Source of the DNA: Candidatus Eiseniibacteriota bacterium | GTDB lineage: Bacteria > Eisenbacteria > RBG-16-71-46 > JABDJR01 | NCBI GenBank assembly: GCA_963783375.1 | Contig: CAWANH010000001.1 | Location: 96,001 to 160,000 of the forward strand | DNA: 64,000 nucleotides | Direction of reading: 5' to 3' | Part shown: in pieces, positions 41,237-52,411 of the stretch | Layout: every line of letters begins with the position of its first letter | Numbering within the stretch: the stretch's first letter is position 1 | Position numbers and translations under genes: made by a program | The notes under the pieces: generated by a model | Database searches by the model: none | Told to the model about the DNA's origin: nothing | The model's input: the letters and a program-made list of their open reading frames with translations, nothing else

Positions 41237-42561
41237 TCATCGGCGCCTCCTCGGGGCGAGGCCGCACCATCCGGCGACGAAGGTGGAGAGCACCTCGGCC
41301 ACCCGTTGCATGGAGTCGACGCTCACCTTCTCGTCCACCCCGTGGATGGCCACCGCCTTGGGCCCGTAGCAGGTGGCGGGGATGCCGTGGTAGAGGCTCA
41401 TGAACCGGGCATCGGTGGTGGCGGTGGCGGCGAGGGGTTCGGGGGCGCTTCCGCGCCAGGTCCGGTGGGCGGCGACCAGGGCCCGGCCCGCCTCGCTCTC
41501 CGGATCGAAGCTCGCCCCCTCGGCCTGGAAACCCACGTAGGAGACCCGGGGGGGCGACGTCCGGAGCCAGTCGTCGCCGGCGGCGGCCTCGGCCACCCGG
41601 CTCTCGATCCTCCGCTTGAGATCGTCCAGGCGCTGCCCCGGAAAGAGGCCGATCCGGTACCGGACCGTGCACTCCCCGGCCACGGTGCTGGCCCAATCTC
41701 CGCCGCGGATCACCCCCACGTTCAGGTTCAGGGGATGTTCGACGCCGCGGTAGCCCTCGGGAATCACCTCCGGGCGGTTCAGCTCCTCCTCCAGGGCCCG
41801 GAGCGCCCGGAGGATCACCCAGGACTTCTCGATCGCGTTCACCCCCCGGCTCGCGCCCAGCACGTGGGTGGTGCGGCCGAGCACCCGAACGTCGAACCAC
41901 ATCACCCCCACCTGGTGGACGAGTGAGGGTCTCGCCGAACGGCTCGGGGATCACCGCGGCGTCGGCGGTGTGGCCGGCGGCGAGGAGCGCCAGGGTGCCG
42001 TTTCCGGTGCACTCCTCCTCCACCGGGGACTGGAGCACGAAGCCGGGAGCCTGCACACGCAGCCCAGGTCCTGCCAAGGGCGGCCAGGGCCCAGAGGAAT
42101 CGAGCCGCGCCTCCCCTTCATGTCCCCGGCTCCGCGGCCCCGCATCCAGGTCCTCCCGCCCTCCTCCCTCCGCCCCCCAGAGCAGCACCGGCTCGAAGGG
42201 GGGGGAGGACCAGAGCACGGTGGGTTCGGGGCTAGCCACGTCGATGTGGCCGTTCGAGGTATCAGGCCCGGGCCCCGGGGATCCCGGGGGGCTCGTGCAC
42301 CGCGACCAGGTTGGGCTTCCCTCGTCCAGCTCCCAGCCCCGTGGCCCCGAAGCCGGGAAGCCCGCGGATCCGGGCCTCGTCGATGGGCTCGAACCGGGGT
42401 TCGAAGCCGAGCTCCTCGTAGATCGCGGCCACGCGGTCCTGACCGGAGCGCTCGTGTCCGAGCACGGTGGGTTCGCGGACCAGGGCGCGGAGGGCGTCCA
42501 GGGCCCACTCCCGGCGGCCCGCCACCGCGTCGGCGAAGTCGCGCTGCGAAGGTCGTGTCAT
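41237..42561 (-). CDS. ArgE/DapE family (M20) deacylase; frameshifted
   Basis: MTRPSQRDF start; GHIDV fragment, GAGDMKG, VEEECTGNG, PEP, LNVGVIRGGDWASTV, TDAR, YGP, IHGVDE. Confidence 0.82.
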
Positions 42562-42601
42562 GTCCGCTCCTTTCCGGCCGGCGGGGCCCCGGGGAGGCGG
42601 A

Positions 42602-43271
42602 TCAGCCCCAGGGGGTGAGCGAATCCTCCACCTCCACCCCGGCCTCCACCCCTTCCAAGCCGGGGCGGGGAGTGGTCGGGGTGGACGCTCACGCCGCCGC
42701 AGCCGGCCGCGGCGCCGCCAGAAGCGGCACCGTTGGGTGATCAGGGTGCCCACGCAGGCGCGGGCGGTCAGCGGAAGGTCGCACTGCGCCCGGAGCTTGG
42801 CCCGCCCCTTCTTGTCCAGGTGGTGGGAGAGGACGAGGAGGTGGTTGGCCTTCTGGGCCAGCTCCATCCCCCCGCCCATGCCCGGGGTGAGCTTCCCGGG
42901 ATCTTCCAGTTGGCCAGGTCCCCGGTCACGCTGACCTCGAAGGCCCCGAGGACAGGCCAGGTCCAGGTTTCCGCCCCGCACGATGGCGAAGGACAGCAGG
43001 CTGTGGAAGCACGCCGCGCCCGGGACCAGGGTGCAGGACACACCCCGGCGTCGATGACCTCGTGGTCGGGGGTGCCGTTCTCCAGCGGCGGGCCCATCCC
43101 GGTGAAGCCGTTCTCGGAGTGGAAGACCACATCCATTCCCGGGTCCAGGAACCGGGGTAGGTAGGTGGGCATGCCGATGCCCAGGTTCACGGTCATCCCG
43201 GTCCGGAGTTCGCGCACCGCCCGGCGCACGATGATCTCGTCGGCGGGGGAGAGGGCCCGGTCGAAGCTCAT
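42602..43271 (-). CDS. 3-oxoacid CoA-transferase subunit B; frameshifted, 3' end approximate
   Basis: VNLGIGMPT, HSENG (catalytic Glu), GDLANW.IPG, GMGGGMELA, CDLPLTA. Confidence 0.8.
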
Positions 43272-43956
43272 CCGCCTCCTTCCGCAGGTGGGAGGGGGTC
43301 TCCGCCGGCACCACCGCGTCCACGAAGACCGCGGGCAGGTGCACGTCCTCGGGCTCAGGTCGCCCACGGCGACGATCTTCCGGGCCTCCACCACCACCCG
43401 GTCGCAGGCGGTGCCCATGAGCGGGTTCATGTTGCGGTTGGAGCCGCGCCACCAGGCGTTGCCGGCCCGGTCGGCGACGTCGGCGCCGAGGAGGGCCACG
43501 TCCCCCCGGAGGGCACGCTCCAGGAGGTAGCTCCGCCCGTCGGAACCACGGTGGGCTTTCCCCCGGCGACCTCGGTGTCGAGGCCGATGTCGGTGAGGAA
43601 GGCGGGATGCCCGCTCCCCCCGCCCGGATGCGCTCGGCGAAGATCCCCTGGGGAACCAGCTCGCACTCCACCTCGCCGCGGTTCATGCGGGCGATGAAAT
43701 CCGGATTGAGCCCGATGTGGGTGGAGACAAGCTTCCGGACCATGCCGGTGCGCAGGAGCAGGTCCACCCCCAGCCCGGGTTCGCTGGCGTCGTTCTTGAT
43801 CACGGTGAGCCCCGGGTAGCGCCCGGCGCGGCCGGCGAGGATCTCCAGCAGGGTGAAGGGCACGCCCCCCCGGCCGAACCCGCCCACCATCACCGTCTGT
43901 TCCGGAGCGAGATACCGGTCCACCGCCTCCGCCGCCGTGGTGGTGCGTTCGATCAC
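43268..43956 (-). CDS. 3-oxoacid CoA-transferase subunit A; frameshifted
   Basis: VMVGGFG, STHIGLNP, PQGIFAERIRAGGAGIP, ADRAGN, RNMNPLM, HLPAVFVD. Confidence 0.82.
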
Positions 43957-45578
43957 CGGGGGCCGTCCCCGTCCTCGTTCTCGTCCTTCGCCCCCTCCAT
44001 CAGGCCCAGGTTGCCCTGTTCCATGGCCCCGGTCACGTTGGCGTCGGCGGCGGGTTCGATCTCGTCCAGGTTGCCGATGGCGTAGTCGGGGAGCTCCTCC
44101 TGCTGGTGGTAGCGCTCCACCGTGGTGTCCTCGTTGGCGGGAACCTCCGCCTCCACGTGGCGGTGGAGGAGCTTCATGAGGTCGGCGAGGGTGCGGTCGA
44201 AGCGGTCCACCAGCTCGTCCACCCCTTCCCGGTCGATGATCAGCGGGGGGGCGATGAGCACGTGATCCCCGGAGAGGCCGTTGAGGGACCGGCGGGGGTA
44301 GACCAGGAGCCCGTGCCCCCGGGCGATCTCGGTGGTCTCCAGGGCCACGAACCACCCGGCGGGAAAGGGTACCCGGTTGACCCGGTCCCGGACGAACTCC
44401 ACCCCGGCCATGAGGCCGCGGCCGCGAACGTCGCCGATCACCGGATGGCGCTCCTTCAACTAGCGAAGCCGCTGATGGAGATAGGTCCCGGTCACCCGGG
44501 CGTTCTCCATCAGGTTCTCGTCCAGGAGGGTCCGCACCGCTTCCAGGGCGATGGCGGTGGAGAGGGGGTTCCCGGCGTAGGTGTGGCCGTGCATGAACCC
44601 GCCGCTCTCCAGCACCGGCTCCACCACCGCCTCGCTGGCCACGATGGCCCCGATGGGCGCGTAGCCCGCCGACAGCCCCTTGGAGGTGGCCACGATGTCG
44701 GGGGTGATGTCCCAGTGCTCGTAGCCGTAGAAGGTGCCGGTGCGGCCGCACCCGGTCATCACGTCGTCGATGATGAGCAGCACCTCCCGGTCGTGGCAGA
44801 TCCGCTCCACGATGGGGAAGTACTCGTCGGGGGGACCGCGGCCCCGGTGGTGGAGCCGCCGATGGGTTCGGCGATGAAGGCGGCCACGTTCTCCGATCCC
44901 AGGTTGTCGAGGGCCTCCTCCAGCTCCCAGGCGCAGGCGATCCCGCAGTCGGGGTATTCCTTCCCCCAGGGGGCAGTGGTAGCAGAAGGGAGCCGCCACC
45001 TTGGGAGAGTCCACCGTGTTGGCCCGGAAGGGGATGTTGAGGGGCGCGTAAATCGTGAGGGCCAGGGCGCCGAGAGTGGCCCCGTGGAAGGCCGGTCGGC
45101 GGGAGACGATCCGGGTCTTGCCCTGGCGCCCGGTGGCCCACCAGAACTGCCGGGCGAGCTTGATGGCGCTCTCCACCGCCTCGGAGCCGGAGTTGACGAA
45201 GAACACCCGGTTGAGCTCGGGCACGGAGAGCCGGACCAGGAGATCGGCGAGATCGTTGGCGGGTTCGTTCTCGAACTGGAGCCGGTAGGCGAAGGCGATC
45301 TTCTCCATCTGGATCCGGGCCGCTTCCAGCATGCAGGGGGTTGCCATGGCCCAGGTTGGCCGACACCGCACCGCTGCACCCGTCGAGGTAGCGGCTTCCC
45401 CTCGGTGTCGTAGATGTAGATGCCCCGGCCGTGGCTGACCGTGGGGCAGGCGGCCGCGGTTCTGGTAGAAGAGCGCCGAGCGATCGGTTCCCGGGGATGC
45501 CGGTTCCTTCCCCGGGCGCGGGAGGTGAGGCTTTTCGAAGACGTGGGGCGAACGGTGGCCGACTTTCTCGATGGACAC
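43953..45578 (-). CDS. Class III aminotransferase (BioA/omega-amine type) with acidic C-terminal extension; frameshifts and in-frame TAG at 44460
   Basis: YLDGCSGAVSANLGH, NSGSEAVESAIK, FHGATLG, AEPIGG, DDVMTGCGRTG, SKGLSAGY, GHTYAGNP, GDVRGRGL, IAPPLII. Confidence 0.82.
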
Positions 45579-45878
45579 GGATCAGGGGGCTCCCTCGGTC
45601 GCGGGCGGGGGGCGTCGCCCGGGCACCAGGATCGAGGAAAGACGCGCAGGGATACGAGCAGCTTCCGGCGACCAGAACGGCCATCGGGGCGCCGGGCCGC
45701 CGGAGTCCCGCCGGCTAGGGGGCGACCGGAAGGGCCGGGATGAAGCCAGTGTACGGGAATCAGCGGAGGAGGACCAGTTGGGCCGGACTCCGCGCCGCGC
45801 TTCTCCGTCTCCGGCGCCTCCACGCCGGGAGGAGGGACCCGTCGCCGTCGCGCCGAATCCCCCGCCCCCGACCGGCGG

Positions 45879-48658
45879 CTACTTGTAACCGAAGAGCACC
45901 GAATAGATGATCAGCCCCACCAGGATCAGTCCGTGGTCCCGAGAGCCAAATAACCGAACACGCGGATTATGACCGCCCGGCTCTGCTCGCGAGATGCGTG
46001 TGGTGATCACCATCTTACGAAGGTCGCCGCTCTTTCTTGAGGTCTTCGATGGCACGTGGGCGCTCTTGCTTGTAGTCCTTGAACGGCGCGACGCCGGTGA
46101 AGATCACCGGGTCCATCGGGAAGCTCTCCGGGCGCAGGTGGGTGTTGAAGAAGTGGAAAACGAAGATGAACCCGACGGCGAGGAGGGCCTCGTCGCTGTG
46201 GACGATGAAGGCCGCGTTGATGAGCCAGCCGGGTAGCACCCGGGAGAAGACCTTGGGGAACCAGAGCATCAGCCCCGAGGCGCCGATCACGGCGACACCC
46301 CAGAAGACCGCGAAGTAGTCGAACTTCTCCCAGTAGGTCCACCGCCCGTAGGCGGGGCGCGGACCCTGCCCCAGAACCACTTCATGGTCCCGACGAAGTC
46401 GTTCCGATCCTTCACGTTGAACATCAGGGAGTTCTTCCCGAAGACCAGCGGCTGGAAGAAACCCAGGACGCCCGCTTCCAACTCAAGAAATCGTTATGTG
46501 GAAGGCGAAGTACCCGAACGTGATGACGGCCGCCGTCCGGTGGATCAACGCCGGTTCATTCTTCACGCCGCCCAGGAACCCGGCCAATGCCGACGTCCAC
46601 GGCAATCCCGAGAACTTCAGCATCATGCCCGTGAGCGCCAGCGACAAGAAGCTGATGATCACGAACACGTGCGTGTAGCGGTGGCTGCGCGATTGAAGCG
46701 GCGGATGAAGTAGCGGGTTTTCTCTTCGCGGCCGTGCTTGCGCCGCTTGTTGCGCATCGCGCGGAACGACCCGGCAACCACATCAACGTGTGAATACCGA
46801 AGAAGGCGAACACGCCGATGAGCAGCAGCGTCATGGTCCAGTACGTGTAATAAAGGATCGGGTAGTTCACCGGGTCGTGGTGGGTCGCATGGGTGAGGTA
46901 GCCGGTAAAGCGGACGCTGGCATCCGGGTGGCACTTCTGGCACGTACCCACGATGTTGCGGAATCTGACCGACGATCTGGGGTCGTTGTGGCGGGATCGA
47001 GTGGGCGCCGTGGCAGTCCGAGCACTTCGCCGCCTCGAGGTATCCCAACCGGTAGGCCTTTCCGTGCATGGTCTCGAGATAGGTCTTGGCCAGCTCGGGG
47101 TGGCAGGAGCCGCACTGCTGGGTGACCTCGGTCATGAACTGGTCCTTCTCGACCTCCGAGATCGTGTGCGCGGTGTGGCAGTCGGTGCAGGTGGGAAGCT
47201 TCTCCCCGTTCCGGCCGTTGGCCGGAAAGTGCACGCTCTGGGTGAACTGGTTGTAGATCCCGCAATGGCAGGACGCGCAGGTGGCGGGAATGTTCTTCTT
47301 GGAGACCGACGATCGCGGATCGGAATGCTTGAGCACGAAGTGGGCGGTGTGGCAGTCGGTGCAGATGGCGCTGGGGAGGAGCCCTTTCTCGGTCAATCCC
47401 CGCCCGTGCACGCTCTTGGAGTAGTCCGAGTAGGCGTTCACCTCGGCCAGATCCGTGGCTTCCGGCGCCTTCCCGTTCTGGCGGTGGCAGCTCCCGCAGA
47501 GCTTGGGGACGTTGGCCCGATAGGTCCTCGCGTCCTCCTCCTTCACCGCCTTGACCTTGTGATCGCCGTGGCAGGTGGTGCAGTAGGGGGCCTGGGGCTT
47601 CCCGGAAACGAAGGCCTGGCCGTGGCCGCTCGCGAAGTACTCCTCCGACACCTTGGCGTGACAGGCCGAGCAGTCCACCCGACCCGCGGTCTCACAGGGT
47701 CGCTTGAGCCGGGGATCCACGTCCGAGTGGCACTTCACGCAGGGGATGTTCTGGTGGACGGAGGCGGCCAGGTCGTCCTTTCGCACGGTCAACGAGAGGG
47801 TGTCGCCCTCCGCCGAGTGCCGGAGATCGGTCCGCTCGTGACACTTCAGACAGTCCCGGTCGGACATGGTGAGGGAGACGATCTCTTTCCGGACCTTGTG
47901 GGGAATGTGGCAATCGGTGCAGGCGGGAATGGCCCCCGGCTTCTCTTCCCAGAGTTCGCCGCGGATCACCTTCAAGTGGACCTGCTCGATGCGCGAGTGG
48001 CACTGCATGCAGGTGGCGGCGATGTGCTTGGGCGAGATCGAGGCGTTCGGATCGGTGTGAGGAAGGATGTGGTGGCTACCGTGACAATCGATGCAGGTGG
48101 CGGCGACGGTGAGTCCCTTCTTGAACAGCGCCTCGCCGTGGATGCTCTGGCTGTAGTTCTCGACGATGTTGTGCTCGTTGATCTTGTAGGCGCGGGCCAC
48201 CGGCGCCCCTTCCCGGTGGCAGCTTCCGCACAGGTACGGGACGTTCATCTTGTAGGTCTGTGCGGCGGGATCGCTGGGGGGAAGAATGTCGTGGGCGCCG
48301 TGACAGTCCTTGCAGGACGGAGCGTACGGAGCCCCCCGGGCCCAGGCCTGGCCGTGGATGCTTCCCTCGTACTGCGCCTGGGCGTCGTCGTGGCAGGCCC
48401 CGCACTGCACCTGCTCCAGATCCTCGCCGTGGGGCAGGTCGTCGGGATCGACGTCGGCATGGCAGTCGGTGAAGTCGAGACCTTTGTGAACCGACTTCCC
48501 GAAGACTTCCGGGCTCACGAAAAGGGGACGGTGACGTTTCCGCGCCGGGTGGTAAAGGCGGATCGGAATGGCACTCAAGCAGGTTTCGTTGACCGTTGGC
48601 GGGCCCACCCCGGCAAGGCCAGGAAGAGGGAGACGGCAATGGCCACAACTTGTTTCAC
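45879..48658 (-). CDS. Large multiheme cytochrome c (about 18-19 CxxCH) fused to a cytochrome b membrane domain; frameshifted
   Basis: GTG start with signal peptide; 16 CxxCH in ORF 46659..49166 plus CLECH and CQKCH in adjacent frames and one degenerate FTDCH; membrane part [42 protein letters not shown]. Confidence 0.85.
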
Positions 48659-49101
48659 GGCCGTCCCCTCCCGTCGGCAACCTTGTTCTTGTTGCCGCGT
48701 GAGATAATTCTCCGCGGTCCATGTCCCGGGACCCTGCACTCGATGAGACCGGCTCCATTTGCTTCCCTTCAATCCGCAACTTCCGCGTCCGGGCATCCGC
48801 ACGCCGGCTTACCTCAAGAAAGGCGGTAAGTCTAATCATTTCCTGGAGTTGTACCGGAATGGGAATACAATATCCCACAACTGGAATCATGTGACCCATC
48901 CGGTCCGGGCGTATCCTCGGGACGGAAGCGAATCCGGCCGTTTCCGCCCAGGGAGAGCGTGGCGGACGCGCAAACCGCGCCGCGGCCGACCCCCGGTCCA
49001 CCGGGAGGCTCAGCCGCCGACCCCGCTGCGCCGGGGCCATTTGGCACCCCCGATGGGACGGGGAAAACCCCTCCTCCGGGCGGTTGAAGGTGGGGTACGA
49101 G

Positions 49102-50003
49102 ATGAAACGCAGGGAATTTCTCAAGACGGCCGGGGGGATTTGCGCCGCCAGCGTCGTCGCCGACAAGGCCGAAGCCTCCCGGGTGGGGCGGAGGCCCCCG
49201 AGAACGCGTACGGCGTCCTCGTGGACATCTCCAAGTGCATCGGCTGCCGGAAGTGCGAATGGGCCTGCAATCAGGCCAACAATCTTCCCGTTCAGCCGCT
49301 GGAGACGTTCGAGGACAAGTCGGTCTTCAAGGACACCGACGGCCCGACGCCGGGCACTACACGGTGGTCAACCAGTCCCGGGCCCGAGGGCTCGGAACGG
49401 CCTCTGTGGGCCAAGGTCCAGTGCATGCACTGCAACGACCCGGCCTGCTCCTCGGCCTGCATCGTGACCGCCTTCCAGAAGAAGGAAAACGGGGCGGTCA
49501 CCTACGATCCCTGGCGTTGCATGGGCTGCCGGTATTGCATGGTGGCCTGTCCCTTCCAGATCCCCGCCTACGAGTACGACAACGCGTTCACCCCCGAGGT
49601 GCGGAAGTGCACGTTCTGCTTCGAACGCATCAGCAAGGAAGGCGGAGTGCCGGCCTGCGTGGAGATCTGCCCGCCCCAGTGCCTGACCTTCGGCAAGCGA
49701 GAGAAGCTCCTGGCCCTGGCCCACGATAAGATCCAGGGTCATCCCGGCCAGTACGTGGACCACGTCTACGGGGAGCACGAGGTCGGCGGCACCTCCTGGC
49801 TCTACATCTCGAGCCGGCCTTTCACGGACCTCGGTTTTCCCGAGTTGGGCGAGAAGGCGCCGCCCCAGATCACCGAGACCATCCAGCACGGCATTTTCAA
49901 GAACTTCCTCCCCCCCATCGCTCTCTTCGCATTCCTGGGAGGGATCATGAAGTTCTTCAACCGCGAGGACGACGAGGGAAAGGAGGGCAAGGACCATGAG
50001 TAG
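49102..50003 (+). CDS. Tat-exported 4Fe-4S ferredoxin subunit (HybA/HmcB/NrfC-like); frameshift near 49185
   Basis: MKRREFLK twin-arginine leader; CIGCRKCEWAC, CMHCNDPACSSAC, CMGCRYCMVACP, KCTFC...PACVEICP; YGEHEVGGT; C-terminal TM helix. Confidence 0.87.
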
Positions 50004-51234
50004 CCCAGCCCTTGCTCAACCCGTCCACAATGTCCACGCCGGCGCGGTTCCGATGACCAAGCCGATCTTCACCCGGGGGGTGTTCGTCCTCCTGGGGATC
50101 ATGGCCGTGGGATTCTCCTTCGCCCTCTACCGGTTCATCTTCGGAATCGGGTCCATGACCAACCTGAACGATCAGTACCCCTGGGGCATCTGGATCGCGG
50201 TGGACGTGGCCTCGGGAGTGGCGCTGGCTGCCGGCGGGTTCACCACCGCGGCCCTGGCCCACATCTTCCATCGCCACCACTACGAGGCGGTCACCCGGCC
50301 CGCGCTCCTCACCGCCATGCTCGGCTACACCTTCGTGGTGTTGGGCCTCCTGGTCGATCTGGGGCGCTACTACAACGTCTGGCACCCCATGATCCCCTTC
50401 ATGTGGTCCGGGCACTCGGTCCTGTTCGAGGTCGGCATTTGCGTGATGATCTATCTCACCGTGCTCTACCTCGAGTTCGTGCCGATCGTCATCGAGCGGT
50501 TCAAGGGCCGGGTCGATCTCCCCGGAGGCATGGCGGCGTTGAACGGGTTCTTCGAGGGGCTCCTCCGGCTCCTGGACAATACGGTGAACAAGATCATGTT
50601 CGTGTTCATCATCATGGGGGTCGTCCTCTCCTGCCTTCATCAGTCCTCCCTCGGAGGGCTCATGGTGATCGCCCCCTACAAGGAGCACCCGCTCTGGTGG
50701 ACGCCGATCCTCCCCCTGCTCTTCCTCCTATCCGCGATCTCGGTGGGATACCCGATGGTGATCGTCGAGTCGATGATCGCGTCCAAGGTGTTCGGCCGGA
50801 AACCCGAGATGAAGATCCTCGCCCCGCTGGGGAAGATCGTCTCCGCGTTGCTGTTCGTCTATCTGGCCTTCAAGCTCGGGGACATGTCGCTCCGGGGCAC
50901 CGCGCGGTATCTCACCGACGGCAGCGTGCCCTCGCTGATGTTCCTGGCCGAACTGGGTCTGGGAGTGATCCTCCCGTTCCTCTTGTTCTCCTCTCCCCGG
51001 GCCCGGCGCTCCCCCCCGCTCCTCTTCACCGCCGCCCTCCTGGTGGTTCTGGGCGTGATGTTCAACCGGATCAACGTGTTCATCACCGCCTACCATCCGG
51101 TGTACAAGGCGCAGCAGTACTTCCCGAGCATCGGGGAGATCGCGGTGACGGTGGGGCTGATCGCCGCCCTGATGTTCGTGTACCGGGTGCTCGTCACCAT
51201 CTTTCCCATCCTGCCCGCCGAGGAGGAGGAATGA
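49996..51234 (+). CDS. NrfD/PsrC family membrane protein (HybB/HmcC-like)
   Basis: TNLNDQYPWGIWIAVDV..GVALAAGGF, DLGRYYN, SVLFEV, LHQSSLG, NRINV, YFPSIGEI; about 10 TM segments. Confidence 0.9.
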   Translation: MSSPALAQPVHNVHAGAVPMTKPIFTRGVFVLLGIMAVGFSFALYRFIFGIGSMTNLNDQYPWGIWIAVDVASGVALAAGGFTTAALAHIFHRHHYEAVTRPALLTAMLGYTFVVLGLLVDLGRYYNVWHPMIPFMWSGHSVLFEVGICVMIYLTVLYLEFVPIVIERFKGRVDLPGGMAALNGFFEGLLRLLDNTVNKIMFVFIIMGVVLSCLHQSSLGGLMVIAPYKEHPLWWTPILPLLFLLSAISVGYPMVIVESMIASKVFGRKPEMKILAPLGKIVSALLFVYLAFKLGDMSLRGTARYLTDGSVPSLMFLAELGLGVILPFLLFSSPRARRSPPLLFTAALLVVLGVMFNRINVFITAYHPVYKAQQYFPSIGEIAVTVGLIAALMFVYRVLVTIFPILPAEEEE

Positions 51235-51263
51235 TGCGCCGGGACGAGCAAGGGAGGTGGACG

Positions 51264-52389
51264 ATGACGAAGACCCTGGGCGCCGCGCTGGCCGGTGCCG
51301 CACTCCTGATCGCATATCTGGCGGTGAGCGCGGCCGCGCCGGCCCCGAAGCCCCACGCCAAGGGACATGGACTGCCGCCAATGCCACACCTGCGACAACC
51401 CGACCCAGGCGGATCCCTGCCTGACCGCCTGCCCGCGTCACAAGGAAGCGGTGGGCCTATCGCCGTCCCTCGGCCCCGACGTGGTCATCCTGGACAAGCT
51501 GGAGGATCTGTACGTTCCGGTCCGGTTCAACCACAAGGTGCACGCCACCATGGCCGGCATGTCCAAGGGCTGCGACGCCTGCCACCACTACACGCCTCCC
51601 GACTCCCCCCACCCGGCGTGCAAGGATTGCCATCCGGTGGGGATCGTCCACGAGGACATCGCCCAACCCGGGCTCAAGGGCGCCTACCACCGGCAGTGTC
51701 TGGGCTGCCACTCCGAATGGGACCAGGATACCAAGTGTGAGATCTGCCACGAGAAGAAGGCGGGAGGGAGGCTGCAGGGAACGGCCACCGAGGTCTGCGA
51801 CCACAGCCACTACGACCCGGTTCCGCTCCTGGACCTGATCACCTTCTCGACCGATTTCGCGGTCGGCGACAAGGTTCCGTTCCACCACAAGAATCATAGC
51901 GAGAAGTACGAGCGCGACTGCACCGAATGCCACATGCAACAGAGTTGCACCCGTTGTCACATTCAGGGCGGAAACTCCCACCCCATGGGCGACCTGAGCA
52001 AGGTCAATCTCCACGACACCTGCTTCAAGTGCCATGGAGAACAGAATTGCACCGAATGCCATGGCCGGGACCCCGAGGATCTCTTCCAGCACTCCGACAC
52101 CGGATGGCCCCTCAAGGCGTACCACGCCTCGCTCTCCTGCACCGCCTGTCACGGCAAGCAGGGGGCTTTCCAGAAGCCGGACCCCAAGTGCCGAACATGT
52201 CACACCGACGGCTGGTCGGGGGGCGGGTTCAAGCATGCGACGACCGGGGTGAAGCTGAACGAGGTACACGGGGAGCTGGACTGCGACGCGTGCCACGTCA
52301 ACGGCCCCGGGAACGGCAAGGCCTCTTGTGACGGATGTCACGACGACGGGAGGACCTACTCGAAGGCGTCGGGGTTCGGGACCCGCTGA
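51264..52389 (+). CDS. Multiheme cytochrome c3-like protein (13 CxxCH); frameshift near 51360 separates the signal peptide
   Basis: Signal MTKTLGAALAGAALLIAYLAVSAAA; 13 CxxCH counted; class III motifs PVRFNHKVH, LKGAYHRQCLGCH, VPFHHKNH. Confidence 0.87.
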
Positions 52390-52411
52390 CGCGGGGGGAG
52401 GCGGAGCGCGG

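Noticed and set aside
36707-44462. Genome-wide TAG reassignment (alternative genetic code)
   Set aside because: TAG is the evident true stop of ispH, the S9 peptidase, gdh, the metallophosphoesterase, the REC-PPDK_N gene and tyrS.
49102-51234. Hydrogenase-2 (hyb) operon
   Set aside because: No NiFe large or small subunit or maturation genes are adjacent; the partner is a multiheme cytochrome.
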